NCBI GenBank assembly: GCA_001949185.1
Contig: BDGG01000015.1
Coordinates: 1,121,036-1,185,035, forward strand
Source of the DNA: Ramazzottius varieornatus
Lineage: Eukaryota; Animalia; Tardigrada
Length of the DNA: 64,000 bases
Reading direction: 5' to 3'
The notes below the pieces were generated by a model. It had not been told where the DNA came from, did not search any database, and was given only the letters and a program-made list of their open reading frames with translations. Below, piece after piece: positions 27,787 to 52,690 of this stretch (position 1 is the stretch's first letter; the number at the start of each line of letters is the position of its first letter). A program made the position numbers and the translations under genes.

Positions 27787-29715
27787 ATGGAAAGCAACGA
27801 GAATCTGCATGATTCGACGCTGCAAGAGCATGACGAGGTAGAGGATCAGATGCACTTTCAGATGCCTGTGGGACGATCTCGCGCCAACACCTGGCCTGCT
27901 TCGTTAAGACTCCATGGAGCGGACGGCGACGAAGAAGCTGCATTGTCAACCGGTACTCCGGACGGAGCAGAGTCCAGTGGACGCTCTTCGCACGATGACG
28001 GGCCTGGACGTTCGTTGGGTGGTGTCAGTTCCACCACAGCAGACGAAAGCTTGGGAGAGAATTTACCGTCTGTCCTGGCTGGAGCGGCAGCTGCTACCAA
28101 GAAGAACTCTGCCCGTCGCAACGCATGGGGCAACTTCTCATACGCCGATCTGATTACTCAAGCTATTCAGCAGTCCCCTGAAAAGCGTCTGACCCTCTCA
28201 CAGATCTACGACTGGATGGTCCAAAATATCCCTTTCTTCAAGGATAAAGGAGACAGTAACAGCTCGGCTGGATGGAAGGTAAATCAAGCCATACCAATCA
28301 GTCCATTGCAAACCTGTGTACTGGTTTGTCTTCATTGGTTTTGTGGTACGATTCGGCTGCTGCGGAGTTGCAGTTGTGTGATCACTGGCAGCAATCAGCT
28401 CAAAGTTTATCTACCGCAGGGTTCGACCATATGGCTTGCTTGGCCAAAATGGTTGGGCGAAAGGTGCAGCTGGTAACAGCATTGTATAGTTTGGTTTTTT
28501 CCTTGCAGAACTCTATTCGTCACAATTTGTCGCTGCACAATCGCTTCAAGCGCGAACAGAATGAAGGAACAGGCAAGAGTTCTTGGTGGACCATCAATCC
28601 AGATGCCAAGCCGGGCAAGTCCACTCGTCGGCGAGCAGCCACGATGGAAACGCAAAAGTACGAGAAGCGTCGTGGTCGCGTTCGCAAGAGCCAGTTAGAG
28701 GAACGACAACGTTTAGGCTCGGACGCCAGCAACCTCAGCATCTCCCGTCGCAGTCCCTCCTCCCCTATCCGTGAAGAGTTGCTAGAGTCTCACTCTCCCC
28801 TCCACAATCCCACTCTGCAGGCCTTGCAGATGGAACCCTTCCGTTCGCGTAACAGCTCCAACGCCAGTAGCTTTGGCCGAATGTCCCCTGTCAACTCGAC
28901 CAGCTACGAAGACCTCTCGGCTTCCCCTCACTCTTGGAGCAATGATCCTTTTCATGGGCGCAGTCAGAACTGGAGTGACGAAGTGGGGGACGGTCAACCT
29001 CAGATGGTGGAACTGGACACGCATCTGGCTAAAGCCATGAAGTTGCATGATGGTTGCTCGGCTGGACATCCTCTCAGTCTGCAAAGTGGAAATACTCCGG
29101 CCTTCCGTAACGGTAGACTTAGACCTGCCGAAAGGCTGCTCTTTCACCTTATCTGAATGTGTGTTTGCAGGTTCTTCGTCGCAGTTTGTGCGTGGTCTGG
29201 GTGGTAGTTTCAGTTGGGCTTCCGACCCCAACAGCTTGCCGATGGCTAGTTCTCTTCGTCCTTCTCAACAGACTAGCTACAATCGTTCGTCAGGCTTCGC
29301 CGCTATGCCTTCCCAAGGCATGGTCAACACCAACATGTTCTCCGGTGGTAGTTTCAGTAGTATCAAGTCGGAGAACCCCAACCAAGGCCCACCTTCGCAG
29401 CAACAGCAAAGAAGCCTGCCCTTCCCCAATAGACTGGCGCAGATCCAGCCCAACAACGCTCAGGGCGCCTTTCCAGCCGACCTGGACTCTTGCATGGAGA
29501 CGTTACAGCCGGGACTGTCGGATGTGGACGTCGATGCAGTGCTGAACCTGGAGATGTCGATGGAAGGTAATCTGGACTTTAACTTTGACCAACCCTTCCC
29601 TCTGGTAGTGACCACTGCATCGTCGGCTCCCCAGCCACAAATGTACAGCGCCAATGGAAGCATAGCCGGATTACACACGGCTTCCTCCTTCCCAAACTTT
29701 GGGCGGGGAACTTGA
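27787..29715 (+). CDS. FOXO: Forkhead box O transcription factor, 3 exons
   Basis: Exons 27787-28278, 28509-29112, 29171-29715. RSRANTWP; forkhead domain [18 protein letters not shown]...[10 protein letters not shown]|[10 protein letters not shown] with the FOXO-specific GDSNS insert; Akt sites RRRAAT and RSRNSS; C-terminal FPADLD...EGNLDFNFD. Confidence 0.97.
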
Positions 29716-30652
29716 AGTGGGAAGAAGGCATTGCATGTAGCAGTATCCAGCTCTGAGCTCTGTCATGTCTGCTTTGACTTGACCTCTTACCCATGGTCCA
29801 ACCCAACCCCTCTGCCGTGCCAGCTTTAATTTATGACAACGATCTTCTTCACTTCTTCAACTTTATACTTTTGTACCCGCACTGTTTTCTCTCTCACTCT
29901 CTCGTAGATGATGTCTTGTTAAATTTGTTCAAGGATATTGCTTGTATTCGGCAATGTATTCCGACAAATTTTATTATCTTACGCTGGTTTTGTTGAATGG
30001 TTTCCTCAATGTTTGATTTTATCTGTTATGACGAGTGTATAGTTGTACTCTTACCTCATCTTCCCTCTCTTCTTGATGCACAGAGTTTCGTTGTTCTCGG
30101 GAAACCCACGATTGTTGCAGTCATCTCTTAAATACACGTCCGGTACTGCTGCTCAGTGGTACAATGGTTTACTTTCTTTTGTAGGGCTGTACATCTGCAG
30201 CAGACTCTGCCCACGTTAATGTTGTTGGAATTCGTCTACGTAGAGAATCTTTCCTAGTACAAGTATCCACCATTGGACTTATATGGGAGAGGACGCTTAG
30301 TTCCAGACGTCCTTTGTTTGAAATCAAGCTGAGTTCCCGACCGCTTTGATTTCTTTCGAACACTTCCTTCCCTCGAGCACTTCCTGCAGCAGTAGCGAGG
30401 TTTGGGTCCTTCGCAGCTAGAGTAAGGTCAAGTGTTTACCAATGCAGAATATGGGACAAACGTTTAGTCCTTCTAAGAAGAATCTTAGGTACGATCTATA
30501 ATACCGGGAACCAGAAGAGAAAAACAGATCAAAATAAAATATAAAAAAAGAAAAGTCCTGATAGACGATTATGATGAGGCCAAAGTCAAAGGTGCAACAT
30601 ATGACAGCGCACATATGAAAATAATGGGCATTTGTACAGATGGAGTTTAATA

Positions 30653-31769
30653 TTAAGCTTTGTGTGAGTCGACTTTAGCCGAAGTGGCCAGCTTTTCTCG
30701 TAATACCATATTGTCGCGCGATAACTTTTCTAACTGCTCTCTCAGCTTGGAATTCTCCTTCTCGAGGTAGGCCGCTCGGATAGCGATCTGGTTCTCTTTG
30801 ATGCGTCGGGCGTCTCGCGAGCGTTTGGCAGCCAGGTTGTTCTTCCGCCTTCTGGCCCAATACTTTTCATCTTTCATGTCGTCAGGAACAAACTGCTTTT
30901 TGGACTTTTTGACCATGGGCTGGGGCTTCAGCTCTTCTTCACTGAAGCGTCGCCGCCGAGGATCAAAATTAACTGTGCTTCCGGCAATTGTGGCTAGGGC
31001 CATATCGGCTGTGGACATTGCAAAGTCTGTAAGAAGCCTCGAATAGACTGCATACAATGAAAAGGAAAGAAGAAAGTTGGAAGAATGCGACGTACCTCCA
31101 CCCATTTCTGCTGCGACATGCAGAGGGTCTTTCAGCAGCAGGTGTCCGCCTCTCATCAGCTCTTCTGAAACGTAAAAAGCCCAGTGACAGCAAGTCTTTG
31201 GTGCTTCTTGGATCATCTGTCCGAAAGAAGGGTAGGGCAGCCTCGCGCAACTCCTGGCTTGAGTAGTGAGCAAGTAATGGAGGATATGGGAAGTGATAGC
31301 TTACCGTTGGGTGAGTCTCCGCGCTCTTTGGAGCCTGTAGAACTGGTGACTTTGTTGTCTTCGCCCGTCAGCTGGTTTCTGCCGTGGCTAGAGTTGGGGC
31401 TGGCGACGGCATTGTGCGGGCCGTTGCTGCCTTGTGGAGCGTTGCTTGCGGCGGCACCGAGGCCATTCTCCGACAGGAATTCGTCCAGATCCATATACTC
31501 CAGCTTGAAGTCATGGCCAGCGCCACCTACCGGGCCGTTGAGGGCGTCGTAGGCCGTCCCCTTGTCCCATATACTGGGGCCCAGGAAAGCTTGTGCGGCG
31601 GCGGACTCGAAGTGCTCATTGACGGACCAGTGGCTGCCGTTGCTGACGCTGGCTCCATTAGGCACTCCGCCCAAGCTTCCACCGCCTGCCGACAGGTTAT
31701 CGCCAAGATCCTTCTTGCCGTTCATGGAAGATAACACCAGGCTGCCGTTGCAGTTGGCCAATAGTCTTC
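30653..31769 (-). CDS. Pdp1: PAR-domain bZIP transcription factor (Pdp1/HLF/TEF/DBP family); 5' end uncertain (in-frame Met at 31725)
   Basis: Exons approx. 31769-31304, 31164-31096, 31026-30653. [10 protein letters not shown] and [14 protein letters not shown] (activation region), [24 protein letters not shown] (PAR), [30 protein letters not shown] plus leucine zipper. Confidence 0.93.
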
Positions 31770-34700
31770 CTGCAATATGACCCACAAAATCAAGTCCCCC
31801 AACAATCAACCGCCCAAGCTCACTTGAATCCCACTCTCACAAAAATGAACCATTGCTCAATCTAACTTGACCGAATTGTAGACTTCACCAAAGTATACAG
31901 CGTTTGTAGGAGGGCAAAAGTTGACTTTCGCAATGTAACATAACAGCAAAACTAAAGGTTGGTATCGAGAACGATAGGCCAAAGTCTGCGGACTGCTGAA
32001 GGACCTTTCAATCAAGCAAGGGTGAGAGGCACGTGACTGGGCAGTGGCCAACAAAATGGCCGTAGCGGAAGTGGCAGACTCTTCCTGACCTAGATAATTG
32101 ACGGGGGTGAAGCGCGAACGAACGTTAATGGATGGCGTGCTGGCAGACTATAGGCAACAGATGTAGCAGGCAGGCACGACACAGAACATGGTTCGGCAAA
32201 GTGGTGCGACATGTGAGGATGGCGTTCGTTGACGCCGCGCAAAAAGAGAGCTTGAGCCCTCGCCAAGACACATAAAGCTCAAGTCAATCATTTACTGTTA
32301 TGAAATAGCGCAGAGCAACGGACAAGAGTCCGCCCTACACATTTGACATAACTATGGCAGGCCGTGCTGCGCTGCCCTCATGACCATCACGCCTGCGCAC
32401 AGTCCATGGAGCCGTTGCTGCTATATTCATGCCAAGTTCGCCACCTGTCCACTCCGTTTCTCCGACATGCCCTTACGTCATCACCAACTAACGCACCACC
32501 CCACTCCAACCAACAAGAAGCCTCCCCCAATTTTCACCCATTCTTTAACATCTCAGCTACACGGCACCACAGCATAGTCTATCCAAACGTCCAAGAAAAT
32601 GTAGCCGCCACATCTGTCGGCAGGCTTCCATCTTGCAAAGTAGACTTTAGCCCCGTTAACTTGATAAACCACAGTGCCAGCATTTCCTCCACACAAAGCA
32701 TCTTGCAAAATATTCTTGTTGTGGCCTTAGGATGTTCTTGAAAATCGATGCGCCACTTGACAAGGGTGCCTATTTATCGTTTCGTCAAAAAGCACATTTG
32801 GCCAAGGTTGGATTTTGGGCCGCTTTGATCTTGCTTCGTATCATAGAAGAAGTTTGAGCAGGGAGCTTCAGTCGTTTGTGCGTCGCAACATTTGGAAAAA
32901 GGCCGAAAAACAGGCTCCGTAGGTTTGTTAGAAGAGATGCTGGGCGTAGTGCCCATGTGAAGGATGCCACTGAAAGGCGCATGGTTACTTACGGGCCAGC
33001 TGCAGACGATTATAGGCGCTGGAAGTGCAATAGCTTCCATCGTTGATCGCGTGAGAATCGAAATAGTGATTAAGCATGGTTGGCATTGCAGGGGGAAAAG
33101 AGTGGGCAGTGGCCGCCGCCGCCAGCATATCCCAAGTGGAAAAAGGCCAAGTGCGCCACCTCCGTTAATAGTCTAGCTTGCAAGTCAGGCAAATGGGGCC
33201 AAATATGCCCAATGTAAATGAAGAGAAAATCATGTCAGAACCTTTCATTTTGCAGCGCATCAAATCAAATCTTTTTAGCCAAGCTGAGCATGTCTCGGCC
33301 TCGATGGAGAGAGTGGATGGCAGTCTGTAAGGTTTGTCAAGCGCGGGTATATAGCCTGCAGCTGGCCTCATCCCGCGCCAGTGCAGCTACAGCTACAGCC
33401 ATATAGCCGGCCAACTATGTGTCAGCAAGGTTGCCAGCCGCCTCAGCGGACAGAGTAGCGTTGAGAAAGCACAATCTGCCACCAAGGTTGAGGCCATTGT
33501 TGCTTCAGCATCTTCATTTGAGGGACATGGACAAGCCTGCTGGGCAGATTCTGTTGTCTGCCACAGCTGGAGGAGCTAGCGCGCCATGGAGCAAGCTGAG
33601 ACTGAGAGAGATGGGCAGAGGCTACAGGGTCACAGGCACTCAATCAAGGACAAGAGCCTATCAGCGACAGGCAGGCAACCTTGCAAGGGCCACAAGATGC
33701 GCTGTGGGCCCATTGACTGCCCCAAGGACCCACTGCTTTACACCACACACACTCTTAAAGCACAATCCTACTGTAGACCATCATTTGCCTTCTTGTACAT
33801 TGTCACACTCAACGTACTGTCACAGTTCCTTGCAAAATGCAAGGCTAATGCCCAAGTGACAGCCTATTTCCTTGCTGCATTTGAGCGAGCTTTTGCCATC
33901 CTTCACTGTCCATCTGAGGTATCCGCTACTTAGGGCATACTGTATGTATGGCTTATTTCACTGGCTGCTTTGATATGTCGATGGAGCATCTTGTGTAAGG
34001 CGGATGCGGCTGCTGTAGTCACAGACAAAAGGGAGGGTACGGCGCTATGAAGTTGCAGTGTTTTACGTCTGGCGCAGTACAGAGACCTAGTTGTCAGGCA
34101 GAGCATGTTCGTTGACCCAGTCATTCAATCATTTATGTCAGGCAGCCATGCGTGACGGCCAGCGAGGCAACGAACGAGCCTGTGACAGCAGCCACAGCAC
34201 ACTGCCCAAGAAGCCTCATTTCCTCCCAAGTCATCAACAGCCTACCAAGTCCTCTAGGAGGAGCTTAGACAGCAAGAAAAGGACAAAAGGCAAGGCAGCC
34301 TCTGCCCAGCCCGCACCAGGGACGACAGGCGCTACAAAGGAGCAAGTGTGTCAACGAACGCTATACCCTCGACAACCTCAGCAATGGAGCAAGAGGCTCG
34401 TAGGGCCTTTGCCGCAATTAATGGCGCTTCCAGCAGTTGAGCAGCTCTAATAGTTGACGCATTGCCCAAAGCAGTCAGGATGAGCATTCCAAAAAGCCAT
34501 TGAAAAACGACAAGATTGGCAGAGCATCAATGAATCAGTCAATGGACTTGCTGATGCTGATGCCTGCTGGTTGACAGCTTTGCCACCATCTGCTTAAGTA
34601 GGGAGATATAAAAGCAGCTATAGCTGCCTGATACTCTTCTCCTCAAGCAGTCCATGCGCCTCCTTGGCCACACTTGAGGGAAATGTTATGACTGTCTTTG

Positions 34701-36790
34701 CTCGTTGACCGAGCGCTGCAGTCAACGAACAGCAGCATGCAGTCAAAGTTAAGAGACTTTAGTAGGCCGTCGACCTTGAGCTCCGTCGCCACGACCATTG
34801 CCTCCTCTATTGCCACACGTTTTCCCATGGCCAATGCACACAAATTACGTTTTGCAAATTATGACCAAAATGCACGGCCTCAACTTGACAGCACACACTT
34901 GCCCATCGATGGAAGAAAGAAGCCTCATCTGCTGTAGTGCAATGCTCAAAACAATTCATTATACTTCATACAATCAAATATGCTCTTTCTTGTTGGCAGA
35001 AATGTCTTCGCTACTCATTTTGCGCAGTCAGGACAGTTTAGTGACAATTTCCCTCCCTACAGCACTTGCAAAACATTCAAGATAAGTCCAACATGGAGGT
35101 ATTTGCCAAAGTTGGGCAAATTACTGCTTGTACTGGCCTTTACTTTTGTGCCGCTGGGGGCGGTCGTCGATTTTGCGCTTGTGATGACATCTGTAATGAT
35201 GATAAGAAGCGCAGCATGTGCTTCCCTTTAGCGCTAGAGCAAAAAGATGCCTGCCTGCCAGCAATCATGACATAATGTCACTCGACTAGCCCACATTCCT
35301 CTATCCCATATGCAGCCTCATTTCACATCCACACACACGTTCAATGGACGTTACCAACGACAACATCATGACGTGTCACAGGGCAAAGAAGCCGCAGCAA
35401 GCAATTGTCCAATAAGATCCAAGATAACAAATGAGCCTTGTCCATATACGCAGACCTTATCGACTATGGACTAGAGCAAATGCCCCCCAAAGCCTTTTTT
35501 GGGCGCCATGGACTAAATCAGTCATGTAGTTGGGTACTTACGATAATTGGCCGTTGGGAGGGAAGGATTGTCCAACAGAGATTTGAGAGTGACCAGCGGC
35601 AAGAGGCAAGCCTTGGCCTTGTTGTGGCTCATATCCTCATCACTGTCCACCACCCTTCTAATTCCACTTCATAACCCTCAATCTTCCTTTGCAGATAGCA
35701 GCTTATGCGCAAATTAAGGGACTACAGTAGGGAAGATTTTCGGCAAATGATTATTGACAGGTACGGTTCTTGCATGGCAGAAAAGGCAAAAGTCAAGACA
35801 AAGCCATTACGGCACTTGAGAGACTAAAGCTTATGAAATACAGTGTCGAACAAATGCGGAGAAGAAATATCGATGATTGATAGGAAGAATGTTGTGGTTG
35901 TGGCCAGCTCTATGGCAAAGTGGAGCAAGAGAAGGAAGGCCATTTGCCATGCATGGCAGACTGCGCTTGTATGGAAAGCCGTACGGCAGTTCGCTCGTTG
36001 ACTCCAACGCGCGGAGCTGCTGGCTCGTTGACACGGCCACCATGGGCCAATCGCTTTTCCCCTATCTCCTCTCGTGGCGGCCTTCCGGACAAACTACCTT
36101 ATTACAGCCACTTCCGCTGCTGCTTTTCAAACTGAGAAATCTATCGCCAAGTACCACAGGCAAATGTGGCCGTTTGCCGTATGCTCTACAAGCTCCTTCG
36201 TCCTGCACTCTCACTGCCTCTCCACCAAACTGTCATCAAGTGGCGCAGGCTAGACCGTTGCGCTCTTTCCATTTGGCCATCCTTTGGCAAATCACAAACT
36301 GCCCGCTGCGCAATTTATTGAGGCCCAGAACCAAGTCTTCGAAGTGCCCAACAGATCTAAGCGCTACAACGCAAGGAAGAACAGCCTTTACAGCCCATTG
36401 TTTTTATTTGACCTCTTGCTTGATCGAAGGGGCAGACTTTAGTTCTTGACGATGATTACTGATACCATAAAATTAATAAGATAAAGCAATAACTAAGGGT
36501 AAAGAATGATAAGAAGACATGCTGCTGTCGTATATGCTGAAAAAAAAGAGGTTGATTAATAATATGAAGAAGCTGCAGAGATCGGTGGCCGACAGAACAG
36601 ACACACTGTGTAAAATCTCTTCTGTAAAGGGGGGCCCTTTCAAATGGTTCAAAAAGACTCATCATTTGCAGAGTCTCTCCTCGAGCGCGCACTGTCACAA
36701 AGCAGTAAGAGGTATAAGAGATTGCAAGCAATCAAAAAACATAACAGACAAACAACTTTTATTGTCAAAAAGTGGCATGACCTATTTGGC

Positions 36791-48973
<12,183 letters not shown>

Positions 48974-51900
48974 TCTTCTCGCGCCTTATCGACGCTTCTC
49001 CCCTATCACAAACACCTGCACACATACCCATCATCAGCAACTTTTCCCCTCTTTTCGTAAACCAATCCATAGAAAAAGACTGCTGAATCAATCAAGCAAA
49101 TCAAGCCAGCTAGACGACTACAGTCACTGTCTTTTCGTGTCAACCTCTATGGCATCTGACTTCATCCCACTCTTTCCAACAGATACCAACCTCCTGCATC
49201 CGCTCTCAAACGAAAAAAAAGATGAGAGACAGAGACACATCGGCAAATATGCACACTTTTTGTTGATTGTGCACTGAGAGCGATTTTTTCCATTGAAATC
49301 AAACTTGCGTTTGAGTGAAAGATTTCAATCTGGTTAGCCGCTGTACGCTGACCATCGCTCCTTAAAACACTGTGCGTTTCCTGGCCAAGATGGCGCAGCG
49401 AATACGAGGCGCCGGTTTCTTACCTCAAGGACCAGATGTCCAAACTGGATCCGTAAAGTAATCCATCAAAGAGAGGGTTATGCTTGTCCATCGGTGGTGT
49501 CTGGCATCTTGCCAGCGGCTTCGAAATCTACAGAGAGATCCACCACAGACACGTCCACGGCAGATTCCCTTGTCGCACCTGGAAGATAACAAGTTTATGG
49601 TGAAAATCAAAGACGAGCAGGCAAAAGTGCCAGGTATCCAAGAGCAAGCCACATCAGACGAAACATAGCCTGAAAATTGATTAATACAATCGGACAACGT
49701 CGGAAACGTCTTCAGATGATAGCACTTGATTGCTTGTTGCACCATGTCCCTCAAACGCAATTGCCTGTTTTGCCCAGTGCCCAATTTCTCTCTTCTTCGG
49801 AAATTGCTCAATGTTTTCTCTCAAGTGGATTGTCAGTAGAGACTCGAATGTCTATTGTCTTTACTTTTTCCTTGGGCTGATGTTGCCGACACTTGGTTTT
49901 TGGGAAAGTCGTCTGGCTTGTCTCGGTCCTCTGCCGACGATTGGTCTGGCAGCATCATCTCATAAATCACAAAAGCAACCGTAGGCCACCTTGTGTAGCT
50001 TCGTCTGGTGTGTGGAATATCGGTCAAAGTCAGAACACGATTTCCATCTCCGGGAGAAAATGAACTGTATAGTTTTCCTATGTTTGTGAGGATCCGGGGT
50101 AATTTTATAAATTAGTTTTAGTGATTGTAATTGCAAATTGAAGATCCGCCCCCACAGTTCCGAGCCAATGGCCACAGGGAGAGCTCGGAAGCCGCCTGTC
50201 AATCAAAGGCGGTGCACCATTGCAAACCAAAATATGCAAGAAGTTTGGTAAGAAACATTGGCAAGCAAGCTGAAGGTTTTCGCCAAACGAAAACATTCAT
50301 TCAGGCTCTGCCAAGAATCATCCTCAGGGACCATCCATTGCATCACCTTCGCACTTTGAATTCCTGGAAGCCTCTGATGCCACGCGGTTGTAAACCTACT
50401 GAATGACGTCGTCAATGAATATGTTACATTCATAAAAACCATCCACGACCACAGTCCAACCACAGTGGGTCCCCAACTCCCCGTCACCTCATAAAATTCG
50501 CGTTTTTCCCGAAGGGTACCTTTCTGTACTGGAAATTGTTCCCAGCATTGCGTTAAGCGTTGATTAAGTTGATCAGCCGCTACTGCACTTTGCTGACAGT
50601 CCGTAACATGTAATCACATGCAAAATCTACTTACCTGAACAACAACTGATCTTTATTCCAGTAACGATTTGCAACAATAGCTCACCAACAAAAGCAAAAG
50701 ATGTGAATTTTCTGCTGCAGTTTTTGGTGGACTAATATGGCAGTAGAAATTTCTTGACGCTACCCTCTGCGTTGCATCTCAAAATGATTTCCATGCATGC
50801 GCACGCTTGCCGTTCATCGTTCATCGTCAGTGAAACCTGCAGCTGGCGGTGTATCGTTATCAGTGAGACCGAATAGGCCGTGTCCGCCCACGGCAGCAGC
50901 AGCCCAGTGGGTGCGGGCTTGCTGCCCACTGCCTATTCATTTATTTGTATTTTTCTTCTTTCACTCTTCAAAGTCTTCACGCTAGCTAGTCGCGTAGCGT
51001 TCCTTTGACGAAGCCGATTAGAGTGCTCGAACAAGCAGGCTATACTGCGCCTATACAGACCAAATCAACCCATACATACGGGACAAATGCAACGTGAAGC
51101 AGTCGATAATTTATCGCTCCGTATTACGGAAGCGAGCGTTGCTGCTGGTAAGATTCATTTTGGCCCCGCTTTATACTGCTCGTACTGCACACAGTCACAG
51201 CAAGCTTTAACATGGGGCTTCTTACGTAGAGCAACGAGAATTTCAATATATATGGCGGAGGAATGGAGGATTGACTTCGCACCTGTTCTGTTAGCCGTGG
51301 TTTCTATCATTTTTCAATGACGTGTCTTCGGATACGATCAGTGGGATGCAAATCGCGTATCATCAAATTACCTACGTCAAAGCGGCCTTGAAACAGAAAA
51401 CGCTAGACAGCGTGACGTCGCCGACAGAATTTGCCGCGCGGTTCTCCGCAGATGGCGCTGGAGATGGCGGAGAACCCACTGGTGAGGTAAGGTTCTTGAC
51501 ACTGCTTCGGCCTCTTATCTTATAGACAGAAAAAGAAAACAGAAGACGGGAAATGACATCTTTTCTATTAGCAGTCCTAGTGACCGAACTGCTTTGAGTG
51601 AGAGCCTGCGCCAACCGATATGCTTATAGCCCCAGCCATATAACATCACGCTTCTGTTATCGTTCCTTTCTTTTGCTGAAGGGCAAAGTAGGAAATGGAC
51701 TAAGGACTAAGGTGGTGGATGAGGAAAAGGCGGCGAGGCCTCGAGTAGGAGAAGGAAAAAGAAGCTGGTCCTGCCAATACAGTGAAAGACTAGAGAGCAG
51801 CCCTGGGACGTATTGTACATGGCTCCGTCCGTCCAGGACATATTGGCGATCGAAGCATGTACGTGGTCCCTGTTGTACGTGGGATTATACGTGGGATCCA

Positions 51901-52690
51901 AGTTTGGGCTTGACAGTCAGCCTAGCTGTCGTCCAGTAGAGTTTGATTGGGACTGTGCTGCGGAGTCAAGCGATCAATACGAAGGCTGTAAGCCTGCAGG
52001 ATGGCGAACTCCGCCCTGCTGAGAACAATCCCCTTTCTCCTACGACGTGTAGATATCCACCTATCTCTTCCTCTCGTCCTGCTGCACTGCAGAGGATATT
52101 TGATCTGTCTCTCTTATATTGGCAGATCGCTCCTTGTTTTAGTACAGCAGAAATGACGGGGTTATGGCAAGAGTCCCACACGCGAGGGACTAGAGCTGCT
52201 GTAGTGTCAGCTCACGCTGCAGTCAGATGGTGGACGTCCTCGTAGATCTCAGATATCATTTACACAAGTGCCCACCCAAAGTTTGCACATTCAAGTCGCC
52301 CTTTCCCCATATCCTTCTTATGGCTTCCTCTACGCAGTTTTCTCAAGAGGAGGTAATCGATTAGTTACGTCGCTACTTAACATGTTTAATTTGCTGGAAA
52401 AGTCTCGAACCGAGCTCAACCATGAATGTCTTGCCCCTTCCTCTACCCCAGTGTTGACATCGCTTTCCTTGCAGACGCTCGTTGAATATCCGGATTCCCA
52501 ACCGCAAGGAATAAACTCTTCCCTAATTCTTGGATAACTTGGTCGCACTAACCTTACATCTGAAATGTACCTACCCAGGGAACCAACTTCGCTGTGGAAA
52601 CTTCCCTGTGTACTTCAATTGGTCTAAACTTCTTCATTCACCCAACTATAGCGGGATATAACCGTCTACACGGGCAGAATGGCCTTGCAG

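Noticed and set aside
49400-50500. Possible decayed transposon upstream of CHD7
   Set aside because: Only short broken ORFs; no transposase or RT motif and no terminal repeats that I could identify.
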